Source: Camelus ferus | Lineage: Eukaryota | Assembly: GCF_009834535.1 (NCBI RefSeq) | Contig: NC_045732.1 | Location: 36,022,001 to 36,086,000, forward strand | Length of the DNA: 64,000 nucleotides | Reading direction: 5' to 3' | In this document: piece after piece, positions 38,311 to 51,160 of the stretch | How positions within the stretch are numbered: the first letter of the stretch is position 1 | How the letters are laid out: every line of letters begins with the position of its first letter | The notes under the pieces: generated by a model | What the model saw: only the letters and a program-made list of their open reading frames with translations | Database searches by the model: none | What the model was told of the DNA's origin: nothing | Translations under genes and position numbers: made by a program

Positions 38311-39235
38311 GGTACTATTTTTTTTTATTGTTTCTTAGAGAGAGACACATAGCTTTTGGTGTCGCAAACAGAAAATCCATGAGTCAAAAGAAATTGGCAT
38401 AGCCGTATTCTTTTCATTGATCCTGCAATATAGTTTACTGAAATGCAAGTACAATCTTAATTTCCAAGTGGGGAACGACTGGAAGCCAAAGGGCAAGATC
38501 CTCATCCTCAGGATGAGAACACAGGCGTCTCTTGGGACAAATGACTTGTGGCAGGCAGAGCTCACACTAGATCTCAGGGCTCCCACTAGCCCCAGGGCTC
38601 TCAGCACCAGCCATGTCTCACACAGCTTCAGAGAAAAGTCAGCAACACAACTGCTCCCTAACAATGAAATGGTTCCAATTTCAATCATTTGAGGGGCTCT
38701 TTTTCTCCTTTAACATGTGCAAACCATATGGATGCTGCCTATTCATGGTACTAGAATTCTTTGCAGCAAATTCGTCTCACGAACGGGAGGGTCTGTAATG
38801 ACAGTCGTGCCTCATTTTAACACAAAATAGAAGAAAATGTATCCAAGAAGGAATCCATCTGAGAGAGCTTGAAATCAACTGAAACTACCTCCATTACCAT
38901 CTTCTACCTACAAAAAGGTTTCTAGACAAATTAAAGCTGAAAAAACTGAACAAATGCAATGGAATTATTTTGAAGGGGACCATATTGTTTAATATATTCC
39001 CATTTGCCTCCTTTGGAAGGATTGGAATGAGTCAGCAGGTGCTTGCTACCAAAATTACTTTTATCACGAAGCTGAAAAATGTTTCACGTTTAAACAGAAG
39101 ACCTCATGAGCAGAATAGATGAGGACGTGAAAATGATGCATTCTGAAATTGCAGACCCCATTTTATATGTTTCATGCAGGGAGAAAAAAAAAAGGATGAG
39201 TCTTCCATTAGACCATAAAGGACTCCAAAAAAGAT

Positions 39236-39545
39236 AAAAATGTTATTTACAAACCAGAAATAGACAGACACAGAAAATAAACTATGGTTACCAAAGGGGA
39301 AAGAGGAGAGGGATCAATTAGGCACTTGGGATTAACAGATAAACATTACTATATATAAAGCAGATAAACAACAAGGACCTACTGTATAGCACAGGGAGCT
39401 ATATTCAATTTCTTGTAGTAATCGATAATGGAAAAGAATCTGAGAATATATGTATATATATGTTTGTGTGTGTATATATATAATTGTACACTTGAAACTA
39501 ACATTGTAAATCAACCACACTTCAATAAAATTTTTTTTTAAAAAT
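39236..39545 (+). mobile_element. Cetartiodactyl-type L1 3' end
   Basis: ttatttacaaaccagaaatagac...atggttaccaaagggga...aacaacaaggacctactgtatagcacagggagctatattcaa. Confidence 0.9.
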
Positions 39546-40149
39546 ACAAAAATATTTTAAAAAAGAATAATAAATGAAGGGAGCCCTTCTGAGGTGAGCA
39601 GATAATCACTGATCTTCCTGTGGGAACTTTGGGCTCATATGGATGAGACTTAACCAGGAGAAAGGATTTCTACTGAGGCAAAGAAACCAGCAAAGCTTTT
39701 GGATGAACATGCGAAAGCCAGTGTGACAGATGGAAAATACTGCCATTCGTTCCGTTCTGGAGCTGGGAGAGGGAAGCTGAGCTATTAAGGCTGAAGGTTT
39801 CTAAAAAGCCAGAGTGAAGTCTCCAGTTTCACAGGGCATCGGAGATGAAGTTTTTATCAACGTAGGAGTGTGGCCTCAAATACATAACCAGCTTTCTCCT
39901 TGAGACAATCATAAGAATTTGAAATTAAGGGGACAGGAGACTAAGCCCAAGACTGCCAAAGGGGAAAATTTAATCTCCCACGGTCTTTCAGCACTAAGAA
40001 GACAAAGATCCTCTAAGGTTTCAATCAAAAGTCCAGGAGGAAAAAAAAAAGAAAGACACTTGCAACCTGTACATTCAATTTCTGATGGAGTGAAGGTGAT
40101 CAGCACCTCACTGTTATTTATCTAACAGAGGAAAATAAGGAAATCGTCT

Positions 40150-41000
40150 CTGGAGGAAGATGTAACCTAGAACTAGTAAGATCCTTTCACCCACTGTGTC
40201 TGGCACAAAATTAAAAAATTCTTAAGACATGAGAAAAGCTGCAAGTAAATGTAACCAATATTCAAAAGGAAAAAAAATACAACAGATGCAGGCTCACAGA
40301 AGATTCAGATTATTGGATTCAGTATACAAGACCTTTAAACTAAATGATTATCTGGTTAAAAAGGAAGGAAATGGATGAAAAGATGGAGAATTTCAAAAGA
40401 GAATTAGAATCGATATAAAAAAATCAAATGGGCAGCCTAGAAAAATTAAGTATCTGAAATTAAGAAAAACACAGTGTCTGATATTAACTCACCGGATGGG
40501 TTCAATACCAGACTAGAGACAGCAAAAGACAGGATTCATAAACTTAAAGATAAAGGTTGATGGAATAAACAACAAGTTTCTACTGTATAGCTCAGGGAAC
40601 TATATTCAATATCTCATAGTAAGCTTTAATGAAAAAGAATATGAAAAGGAATATATGTATGTATATGTATGACTGAAACATGATGCTGTACACCAGAAAC
40701 TGACACAACAGTGTAAGCTAACTATACTTCAATCAAAATAAACAAATCAATAAATAATTCCAAAAGAAAGGTTAAGGGAAAATATCCACATTAAAACTCA
40801 AATAGAAAAGAAAAACAAAAAAGAACAGATCCTAAGAAATATGATTATGTGATTGGAGAGCCAGAGGGAAGTGAGGACAGAAGAGGACAAAAGCAATATC
40901 TGAAGAGCCAATGGCTGAGAATTTTCCAATACTGATGAAAGACATCAACCTTCAAATTCAAGGTCGGCAGACCAAAACAGGATGAATATAAGGAACACCA
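40150..41000 (+). mobile_element. Ancient L1 ORF1-region remnant with a young L1 3' end nested at ~40559-40766
   Basis: gaaaagatggagaatttcaaaagagaattagaatc...gatgggttcaataccagactagagacagc...atggctgagaattttccaatactgatgaaagacatcaa. The insert is flanked by aaaggtt (40552-40558 / 40767-40773). Confidence 0.8.
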
Positions 41001-43129
41001 TACCTGGATTAGTCAATGTCACATGCTTAGTACAAAAACTTGGCAAGCACTGAGGAAGTCACATAGCAGCCCCCAAACTTAGTCTAGTACAAACTTAGCC
41101 TTCCTATTCTTGAAAAGATGAGAATAAAGAGGTCAGTGTAGGGGTAGGCACTCCACTCAACATTAAGTTTACACTCTTTATTAAGATTATAGTCACTCTG
41201 CTCTTGACCCAATACGATAAAATTCTACAATGACATAAATCAGAATATACTATGATGGATCAGTGCATCCTGGTTTCCACCTAGCCACTGATCGCCTTTC
41301 ATTAACCTTACTTATAATCATGTAATTCTACATTTTATACAATCAAACAATTTTAATTGCAATAATAGTTTTTAGAGGCTAATAAAATTAGGGGGAAAAA
41401 AACACAACCACAGCTTTAAGACTGATGGGTTGTCAGAATAAGATGGGACTTTAAAGATAAATAGTCCAACCCTTATGTTAGAGATGACATAACTGAAGCC
41501 CAGAGCAGTAAGAATGATGAGTCCAGCCCCATGGCTATTTAGAAGCCTGCTGGGAACCAGAGCAGCAATGTTTCTCTCTCCACATAGTATAGATGTATTT
41601 ATACATTAGTAAATATACACATTACGCAACATGTTGGGAATATAATACATAAAATGTTTTACAATGTTGTCTATAATATCAAACTAGCTCTTTTAGAAAA
41701 ACAAAGCACAAGTTAACCTATAAATGCTATCTCAATCAGCACCCTATTGCAAGCTGCTAAAATTCCTTGATTTGATAAATTTTTAACAGAGAAAAAAATA
41801 TTGATTTTCTAACTCAAAATTGTCGTGGCCTTCTGAAAACATTTCACTGTGGCCACTTGAATTTATGTTGTCATGTTAAATAAACTGCACATGCAATCCA
41901 GAGATTTAATAAGAAACTGATCGATAAATAGGGTACAGTAAGTGAGATAAGAACTACATCTTTTGTTCTCTAAAAAACAAAAGGAAAAACATCTCATAAG
42001 AAAAAGCTCCAAGAAGATATTTTTATCACAAGTGAAAGTTCTATTTTCGCCCATAAATAGTAGCACATCTGTTATGTAGACAGAGGCTTACTTGAGTTGT
42101 GGATTTTTCATGCCTCTAAACTGTGTCAATGGCCGATCTAGGAGTGGTGCAGAGCAGGAGGAAAACACGTGAGAGACGTCATAAGGGGTCTTTAGGGGTC
42201 TTAAGGCCCTTTAAGTGCCTTCTATTCTTTTAGGCTTTTTGGCTGCCTATCAGTTCATCTGTATCTCTAGGATTAGTAGAAATAAGCTCGAATGATGTAA
42301 AATTTTTATCTGTTTTCTTAAACTCCTTCAACCAGCTCTCCTGAAACATACAGATGTGTACTAAAACCAAGTTCTGGACAAACTCATACCTACCCATGGT
42401 TACTATATTATCTCTGGAAAACTGGCCTCGCTCATGCTTTACTAAGACTATTTACTAGTGTACACTTCATGTATATTGCAGCTAGGCTCCTCCTTGTATA
42501 GAGTAAGGATGCTTCTTCCTAATGTGCTCTCTTCCTTCTATAGGATTCTTCAATAGGTAGTAGATCAGAAACATTTAGATTCATGTGTCCATTCTGAAGA
42601 GTTTGTAACAGCTGGAAAAGCACACAAACACGAAGACTGGGTAAACTACTGCTATTTCTCAGTAGGAGGACAGCTTCAAATTTCTCACGTGGTAACGGAG
42701 AACACAGATGCACAGCCCCGATCAATTAGATCTGTTTTCACTTCGTGACATTCTCCTCTTCCAAAAATGCCTCTTAAATCAGATGCTAGAGACAAATCCA
42801 TGGCAAATTCTCAAGGGTGCTCCGTAACGAGGAGGTCCCCAGGGCCCGAGGGTATATACAGCAGAAGACAGCCCACAGCACCAATGGTACTTCATCAACG
42901 CCAAAGGAAACTGGGACTGTCTCAAATAAACTTTGGATAAAAGGACAAGGAGAGAGGACTTGAGGGGAGCGCCGATGGAGGATGCTAAGAACCACGGGGC
43001 TATCTTGGTTGGGGCTCCTCTTAGATGCAAACAGTCGACGCCATTAGTCAGGGTCAAGTTTTGTTCTCCCTGCTGGTGACCCAAGTGGAAGCAGCCCTCT
43101 GGCCCAAGCCTCATCTAATCTCATATTCC

Positions 43130-43173
43130 TGTTCCTAGCTAAGTGTAAAAATGGCTGTAATTAATCTCTCTCT

Positions 43174-43213
<40 letters not shown>

Positions 43214-43640
43214 TCCTTGCGACATGACTGCAGCTCCTCCCTTCAGGAGAGGGAATCTATTTCCCCACCTCCTGAATCAGGGGTGGCTTTGTGACTTGTT
43301 TGGGATAAGAGAATTCAGAGGAAGTAACCTGGTACCCGTTGCAAACCTAGCCCTCAAGAAGTCCTGCATGCCTCCACACTCGCTTAGAACCCTGCCACCC
43401 ACAGTGTTAACAAGTCCAGGCTAGCCTGGTTAAAGCTGAGAAATCAGGTGGAGAGGAGCTGAGGCCACCCCGGAGGAGCCAGCCCCCAACTCACCCAGCA
43501 AAAAAAAAAAAACGTGCCCAGATCCAAAGAAGTGCCCAGCTGAGTCCTGTCCAAACTGCCAACCCACAGAGTCAAGAGCGAACTAAATGCTGGTTGTTTT
43601 AAACCACTAACCGAACCAATATTGCGGTGCTTTGTTAAGC
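43130..43640 (+). mobile_element. MLT1F-like MaLR LTR containing a (CT)n tract (~43163-43211)
   Basis: tgactgcagctcctccc...gaatctatttccccacc...gtgacttgtttgg...acaagtccaggctagcctg...cccagctgag...ggttgttttaaaccactaa. Confidence 0.85.
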
Positions 43641-43651
43641 TTCTTCATGAA

Positions 43652-44820
43652 TTATTTATTCAGTGAACATTTGTTAAATGCCTTCCATATCCGCGGCAGT
43701 GTTCTGGGGGTATAAGGATTAATATGCGCTAGTGCCTGCAATTACGGAATCATGCCTCTAACTGCACCAAAGGAAGTAAGAATAACAGGGTCGACTTCGA
43801 GGAAAAGAAGGCTCGCTCGAAAGACGAGGTCACGTGTGAGCTGGCTTTAAAGGGAAAAAACTGGGAAGTCACCAGTGGACAGGAACAGACATTGAAGTAG
43901 AAGCAGCGGTGTGTGCCAAAGCACAGACGCAGGAAAGAACTCAAGGAATGTTCTAGGAATGGAAAACAGTTTAAGACAGATGGCTTGCCGGGAGGAAACG
44001 GCCGATGACAGAGCCGGAGAAGCAGGTTGAAGGCAAATAATGAAGGGTGTCATACTGTAAATCAGGTGACGGGATTTGAATGCCTCTCGGGGGCGTGCAG
44101 AGCTACAAATCATTTTTTAGGAGGAAATGACATGATTAAATCTGTCTTTTAGGAAAAGAAAGCTGAGGACAGGTGGAGGATTAGAGGCGAGAGGAAGAAT
44201 CGGGGAGATCAATTGGGAGGCTATTATTACAAGCCCATGGGGGACCTGAACCACGAGGTAGCAAATATAGAGAAGAGAAGATGCCTTTGAATGATGTTTC
44301 AGAGACAGAAGAAGGACCCAGCAGCCTTGACAACCAACTAAATCTGGGCTATAAGGGTGATAGAAGTTGCGTGGGAGGATCGGGGGCAGTGCCAAGATTT
44401 CTACTTTGGGATCCTAGATGAATAGCAAATATATTAATGAAGGCGTAACAGCAGAACAGCAGACTGGAAAGGAAAAAATGGATATCTTTTATAAAGTTGC
44501 CGGGGTATCTAGTGGGAGATGATTAAGAGGCAAGTAAGAACACGACCTGGACCTTGCATTGAGGGATGGGTGGTGGGAGCAGGAGATCTAAGACCTGGGG
44601 AGTCTTCAGGACACAGGGCAGGGGGAGAGGGACAGCTCAAGACAAGAGGGAACGTGGACACGAGGCATTCAGGGGAAAGATGCAGATGGAGACGAGAAAG
44701 CAGCAGATATTTCAGAGGCAAAGGAAAGAAGTAGCAACAAACAAGGGTCAGCCCTCCTTTGGGGATGGAAGAGAGGCAGAGAAGGATCATTCAGAAAGTC
44801 TGGATGACAATTAAGGAAAA
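43652..44820 (-). mobile_element. L2 element (~1.1 kb)
   Basis: Begins attatttattcagtgaacatttgttaaatgcc. Purine-rich body includes gaaatgacatgattaaatctg, ggaggctatt, gggtatctagtgggagatg. Confidence 0.75.
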
Positions 44821-45169
44821 ACTGGAGACCATCCATTTTGCCACATTCTTTCCTCTGGCCAAGTCATCATCCACCGAGCTCTTCCCTAGGGTTCCTCCCA
44901 CTTTAGGGGGACCCTGAGGTCATAACTGGGGGGAGGAGAAGGCAACAGGAGCCACTTGAGTCAGAGCATCTGTGTCCATGTATTTTATTGAAAAACACAC
45001 TTTTTTCCAAACCCCTCCTGGCACCTGCTGCAGCAAAGAACATCACTAACTTTCATTTTTAGGGTGCTTTTTTGGAAATACACTTCTGGTTAATTTCCTG
45101 CATCCAAACTGATTGCCTTTATATATTCTCAGTTAACTAAAAGGGAAGGTTTTTTTTTTAAAAAAAATA

Positions 45170-46938
45170 ACCCCAAAGGGGTCAAAGATTTCATGCATAG
45201 AACACAAAAAGCAATAGCCATAGAAAAAAAATGGATTATTAAAAATCATCAAAAAAAAAAAATACCATGAAGACAATGAGAAGACAAGCCAGATTGGGAG
45301 AGAAAATCCACAATACGTACATCCAACAAAGGACTCATGTGCAGAAGATACAAGAAGTATCTTGTATCTTCTGACAAAGAACGAAGAAAAAGACAAAAGA
45401 TTTTAACAGGAATTTCACCAAAAGGTATCCAAATGCCAAGAAGTAACTGAAATGGCATTTAACAACATTACTCACCAGGAAACATGAAGTAGGACCATAA
45501 GGACCATCTCGCACCCATTAGGATGGCTACCATCAAAGAAACAAAAACAAAAAAACCCCAAAAAACAGAACATAACAAGCATTGGAAAGGGTGTGGAGAA
45601 ACTGAAACCTTTGTACGTTCTTGGGAATGCAAGATGGTGCAGTGGCTATGGAAAACAGTATGGTGGGTCCTTAAAAAATTGCAACAGAATTACCATGTGA
45701 TCCAGCAATTCCACTGCTAGGTATGTACCCCCAAAATAAAAGCAGGGTCTCAGAGAAATATCTGTACACCCATGTTCTTAGCAGCATTATTCACAATAGC
45801 CAAAAGTCAGCAGCGACCCAAGTGTCTGCCGACAGACAAATGGAATAACAGAATGTGGTGTAGAGTCATGCAATGGAATGTTATTTAGCCTTAAAAAGAA
45901 AAGAAATTGACACATGCTACAACATGAATGAATCTTAAGGATATTATGCTATGTGAAATAAACTATTTATCAAAGAACAAATATTCTATGATCCTACCCA
46001 TATGAGGAACTTAAAGTAGTCAAATTTATAGATAGAAAGTGAAATGGTGGTCGCCAGAGGCTGGGGGAAGAGATAATGGAGAGTGATTGTTCAATGGGAA
46101 CAGTTTTACAATGGTAAATTTACGTTACGTCTATTTTGCCACAATTTTAAATTTTTAAAAAGTTTTAAGACCCACAAGGAGGTAGCACTATGCCCCCACA
46201 AAAATAGCTAAAATTACAAAAGACTGGCAAAACTAAGTGTTAGTGAAAATGTGGAGCAACTGGAACTCTGGTACGCTACCGGCGGAATTTAAATTGTTAC
46301 AACCACCTTGGAAAACTGTTTGGCAGTATCTATTAAAGCTAAATATAAGCCTTCTCTGTGAGCAGGCAATTCCATTCCTAGGTATATGCTCAAAAGAAGT
46401 AAGTGTGTGCACCAAAAGCCACAAGAATACTCATAGATGCTTTACTCATTTTAGCCAAACACTGGAAATAATCCAACAAACCAACAGAATGGTTAAACAC
46501 ATTGTGGTATGTCCATACAATGGAATTACTACTCAACAATAGGCGAGAATGAACTACAAATACGCATAACATGGATGAATCTCAAAGACATTATGTTCTG
46601 TAAAAAAAGACACACACACACACAAGAGTCCCTTCCATGTGATATTATTTATATGGGGGTTAACAGCAGATTAAACTAGTGGCTGGAGTTTGTAAAAATC
46701 ACAATGTGAAAACAAAATCACAATGTGGTTGCCTTCAGCTTGGCAGTGGGATGAAAACTGACCAGAAGGGGAAAGAGGAAGAAATCTTCTGGGGTGCTTG
46801 GAAATGTTCTCTATCTTGACTTGGGTAGGGGTCCCATGGGTATATACACATGTAAAAATTCATTGAGCAGTACACTTTAGATGATTGCATTTTGTACACT
46901 TTATTGTGTATATGTTATATCTCAAAAATAAAATAAAA
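45170..46938 (+). mobile_element. Composite L1: older L1ME/MD-like ORF2 end plus 3' UTR, with an L1MB-like fragment (~45503-46165) apparently nested in it
   Basis: The ORF2 C-terminal segment occurs twice (cacccattaggatggctacc at 45512; cccccacaaaaatagctaaaatt at 46193), each followed by its own 3' UTR and A/T tail. Confidence 0.8.
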
Positions 46939-48318
46939 CATCTCTAAAGCACCTGGTGTCTCTATTATGAGAATGCTCTAATTCCAAAAAGGAATAAAAT
47001 CTCAACGTTGTGCTTTTTCTTTCTAACTTGGATTAGACCCTACTCCTCTTAGACCCATGGGGCGAGGACGAGTTACTGCCCAGTTTACTGAGTCAGAGAA
47101 TGAATTCAAATCCCACACAGTGCAAATTTCCGTGTTCCTAAAGGTCTGTGGGCTTTCCTGAAGCCACTCCATCTCCATGCGATCTTTCCAGTAAACAACC
47201 TTTCAGCCTTTAGAGCCCCCAGTGTGCTTTCTATTGGTAAAGTGTCCCATTTGATCTTTATGTTAAGCGTCAAGAACAGTATCTGATTTGTTTGACACTC
47301 TCACTGGCAGGGGCTAAACAAACCCCTCCACAGCTGTAAAGGCAGAATGTCAAAAAAATCACAAGGTATCACCACGTTCTGCCAATGCATGAAGGCATAC
47401 ACCCCCTCCACCCCAGGAAAGAGAAAGCTTCATTCTCGTAACTGCCATTTTGATCCCCGCCGCCCATGCACAACCACCATCATAGTAACTTTAGTTTCCC
47501 TGTGAAAAAAAAGGCACCATTAGCTCTGGCCCACAAATTTAAGGAAAGAAAATAAAAATCCACAAAGGTGAACTCTGACCTCTGCTCTGGCTTCTTTTAC
47601 CATCCATAATAGTATGCTAGCCAGTGGGTGAAAAAGAGTCTTAATAGGCCAAACTTTGTCATTTAATGATGACCCAAGGCAGATTCTTTTGAATTGCGTC
47701 ACAAGGAAAAACTTTCTGAGATTGAGACCTTGATTATCTTTGATCCCATATTAACCCCGCCGTTAGCTGAGTCAAGGGGGCGAATTAGGAAGGTATCTCT
47801 AATACGCTGGGCTTGGAAAAGCAGCAAGGTAGGGAAGAATGACAAAATGCATTAAAAACAGAAGGGCTGATTTAAAAGAGGCCGCCTAATGCATCGGTAT
47901 TCTGATAAGTGAGATGTGCAGTCAACAGTGAGACACCGTTTTTGGAAAAAGCAAATACCATTCTGCTGGCTCAACCCGGTGATTTTTGGTAACAGTGTCC
48001 CAAAGTAATTTATTCAGAACAATAAAACTGGCAGTTTTATACAGTTTCCGGGGAAGTGTCTTTAAAAGCAGAGACCAAGAAACAACGGGTTAAATGCAAA
48101 GGCACATGGGCACCTCTGTTTTTGAGCAGTCAAAAGTAATGCAGTTTAATAACAAGCAGTATTTGTATTTAAATACACTGTCTGAAATAAAATACACTTG
48201 TTTTCTCCTTTGAGAAGACCTCAAGATACATTATACTTCATAAAAGTCTATGTAAATGTCAAGATTCTGGAATGCAATCATTATAAAGCCGGTTAGATGG
48301 ATTAATTGCTCTACATAC

Positions 48319-48420
48319 CTGTGGTTTTTCAGACCCCTGTGCTTGCTTACTCCGGTATATTCACTCTTATTTTTCGGAAACCACTTCTGGAAGCTCCCGT
48401 CTTGGCTTCTACACTGCCAC
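48319..48420 (-). other. Candidate ATG-free 5'-UTR exon 2 (102 nt; an alternative donor gives 70 nt)
   Basis: Acceptor ttatttcgcttttacgtctacag|. Donors CAG|GTATGT (48319/48318) and GGA|GTAAGC (48351/48350). Lies 2.1 kb downstream of exon 1. Confidence 0.4.
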
Positions 48421-49027
48421 CTGTAGACGTAAAAGCGAAATAAGCCATGTATTATTCATCAACCACGCATCTTTCCTAGGCATCTGACAGGGACAATTGG
48501 AGGCAAAGTGGCAAAATATTTGCTCCAAGAGATCAAAGTGTTCCTTCTCCTCTGTGTGGAAAACTGGTGAGGTGTCCCTCTCCCGCAACGGTTTGATAAA
48601 ATTATCTAGAAATTGAACCATACATAAGTCTCAGATCAACACCACTCTGATCAGGTCATTAAAGAGACGGAGTCACAGAACCATTTTCACGCCAACCTAC
48701 AACGCATTTCAAGACCCTTCCTTTAAAATTAGAAGACAACTTGACCATTTTGTTAATCGGGTAATTAAGAATTCTGTAAATTGCTGCAAAGACAAAAAGA
48801 GGGAAAGATCTAGGCAAAGATGACTTTCTCACATGGTAGTAAAATGTCTATTTAAAATAATATTAATGCTAACACCAATTAGAGCTTTGTCCAATCTAAA
48901 CAGCAATTAGGTGGGGCATTGTCATCATAAGGCCCTATTCTTGATTTGAATGTGGGTGAGTGCTGAAAGGTCTTTCTGACACCCCACAGATTTTAATACG
49001 GGTAGGTATTTTATCTTAAAAAAAAAT

Positions 49028-49115
49028 GGGGGAGGGTAGAGCTCAGTGGTAGAGCTCATGCTTAGCATGTGTGAGGTCCTGGGTTCAATTCCCAGTACCT
49101 CCATCTTAAAAAAAA
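49028..49115 (+). mobile_element. vic-1-type tRNA-derived SINE
   Basis: gggggagggtagagctcagtggtagagctcatgcttagcatgtgtgaggtcctgggttcaattcccagtacctcc plus A tail. Confidence 0.9.
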
Positions 49116-49204
49116 ATTTTAAACGTAGATGAATAAAAATCTATGAGCAAAAACTATCAGTCAAAGCAGCCATGAGATGAGAGGGATGTGTGGAGAGGGG
49201 AGGA

Positions 49205-49222
49205 GAGACAGACAGACAGACA

Positions 49223-49263
<41 letters not shown>

Positions 49264-49372
49264 AGATTCTAGAGTTAATTTAGAATAACAGATCAAACCA
49301 GGGTGTGTGTGGTGCGGTGTGGATGTGAGTGAGAGACAGAGACAGACAGACAAGCAGACTACGCCAGGGTGT

Positions 49373-49403
<31 letters not shown>

Positions 49404-49463
49404 AAGAGGAAGAAACAGAGACAGACAGACACTGAGATTTCAGAGTTAATTGAGAGTAACAGA
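49205..49463. repeat. Compound microsatellite (GACA/CA/TG/GA) with an internal 34-bp duplication
   Basis: (CA)18 at 49225-49260. Units 49259-49292 and 49430-49463 match at 30/34. Confidence 0.9.
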
Positions 49464-49789
49464 CAGCACCGCACAGCTTTTTGCCTCCTCCTAGTCCCAC
49501 AGTCTACCCAGGACGAGTGTCCCAGCTCCAGCACCTTAAGCCAAAAACAACACGCAGCACCCCCTACCCCCCACCCCCACCCCCTAGGCGAGGTAGGGCC
49601 AGAAGCCACCCAGCCAGCAGGCCTACCAACCCGGGGGCCGTTTTAGCCCCACCAGGGACCCGTCCCCACTTACCAGTAATTTACTTTAACGCCCCGAAAG
49701 CCTGGTTGGGTTTAAGGAACTGCAGCAAATCCAGGAAAATGAAGTCTCCTTGAGCCACTCTCCTCCTCCGCCTCCCTAGGACGGACATT

Positions 49790-51160
49790 CACACACACTC
49801 ACACTCTCCCTCTCCCTTCCTTCCCAACCCCAAACGCGCGCTGGGCCATCCCAAGAGGCTCTTTTGGGGGCCCGCCAGCGACCAATCCTGCTCCCACGTG
49901 CCTCCATTAAGCCCTGGTCCAAACGTGCACAAGGCGCCAAGTGCGTGTATGCAGTCAGCCTCCGGAGATAAGTTCAGCAAACCCATTTCCCGCCCCCCTT
50001 CCCCCCCAACACCACCACCTCTGGCCCTGAAAGCGCGAGGGGAGCGCGCGGACTCAGGCACCCGCCCCGGCAGACAACACTCGAGCAACTCCTGCCTTCC
50101 CCGCACACGCCCCGGCTGGTCCTGCCACCACTCTCCCCCGCCCCCAAGGTTCCTACAGTCCCGCGGGCCCGGAGCAGGGGCGTCCTGATGGTGGCTGGGT
50201 GGGGATCGCGAAAAGGGGGGCGAACCGCACACACCACCGAGACTGCAGGCGAGGGTAGGGGGAGGCGCAGTCCTCCCAAGCCGCTCGGGTGGTCAGCTCG
50301 TCCGAAGGGGGTTGGGGTGGAGACAGGGAGCCCCGAGGGAGTGAATCCCGAGGGAGGCAGCTTTTCGGCACCTCTTCCCCACCTAGCACAGCGCGCGCGC
50401 ATAAGCGTGCACACTCAGGGGCCGTGCGCCGTCCTCCGGCCCCCGAACCTGGCCAGCCCTCGTCCCCGAGCTCAGTGGCCTGGAAGGGATGGAATCCGGC
50501 TCGCGGCGGCCCGGGAGGGGACCGAGCGCCGAGCTCGAGGGTGCCCACCTGCGCGCAGGGTAGCCGTTGCGGCTGGTGCGCCCGCCGGCTGCGCTGTCTC
50601 GGCTGCAGGAGGAGGCGGCGGCGGCCCGACCCCCGGCCTCCCAGCGGCTCCTCGCTCCTCCGCGGCGGCGCTCCTTGCTTCCCTTCCTCCCCGAGGGTGA
50701 GCCTCCCACCTAGCCCGCAGGTTCTGCCACCGTCCCTCTGCCCGCCGGAGCCTGAGCTGTCCTCCCCGCCCCTTTCCCGCCGCCCCGCGCTGCGCCGCGC
50801 TGCGCTCCGCCCCTCGTCCTCCCCCCCCCACCCCCATCCTCGCCCGGGCCCTGCCAGGGGGGCCGTGGGCCCCGCGCCTCGTGCCGCAGATCCCCAGTCC
50901 GCGGCGGAGAAGGGTGGAGGGGTTCCGCCTCCACCCCGCGCTCCTAACCCGCTCCCCTCTCCCCCGGCCGGCGGCGGCCGCCCGCACTCGCCCCGCCGCC
51001 AAGGGTGTGGGTACCAGGCGCTCTGCCCTCGCTCTTCCGGTACCTCTTCACTCCCCGCAAGGCACCTTCCACGGCCCCGAGGGTGCCTCGTGTCTGGGGT
51101 GGTGGGGGGGGAGGAAGGGGGTTGGTGAAGCGGGGTGGAGCGTGCCGGAGAGAGGAGGCG
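49790..51160. promoter_or_regulatory. CpG island promoter
   Basis: Very high GC and dense CpG. Sp1-type GGGGCGG boxes on the minus strand at ~50760-50815. GGC/GCC repeats. Confidence 0.92.
50549..50740 (-). other. Probable non-coding first exon (TSS position approximate)
   Basis: Ends ...GGCTACCCTGCGCGCAG|GTGGGC, has no ATG, and lies just downstream of the GC boxes. Confidence 0.55.

Larger units (their letters stand above)
1..50740 (-). other. 5' part (non-coding first exon plus >50 kb of intron) of an unidentified minus-strand gene that continues past position 1
   Basis: CpG island with GC boxes at ~50.76-50.82 kb. Minus-strand donor CAG|GTGGGC at 50549/50548. The plus strand is A-run rich over 1-50 kb, so the minus strand is T-rich as in an intron. 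Nearly all L1 fragments in this span are on +, i.e. antisense to the inferred gene. Gene identity not recognised. Confidence 0.65.

Noticed and set aside
50549-50740. Attempts to name the host gene from exon 1 (several genes with non-coding first exons and long first introns were considered)
   Set aside because: No recalled 5' UTR matched beyond short GC-rich words, and no coding exon is identifiable in the window, so the symbol is left empty.
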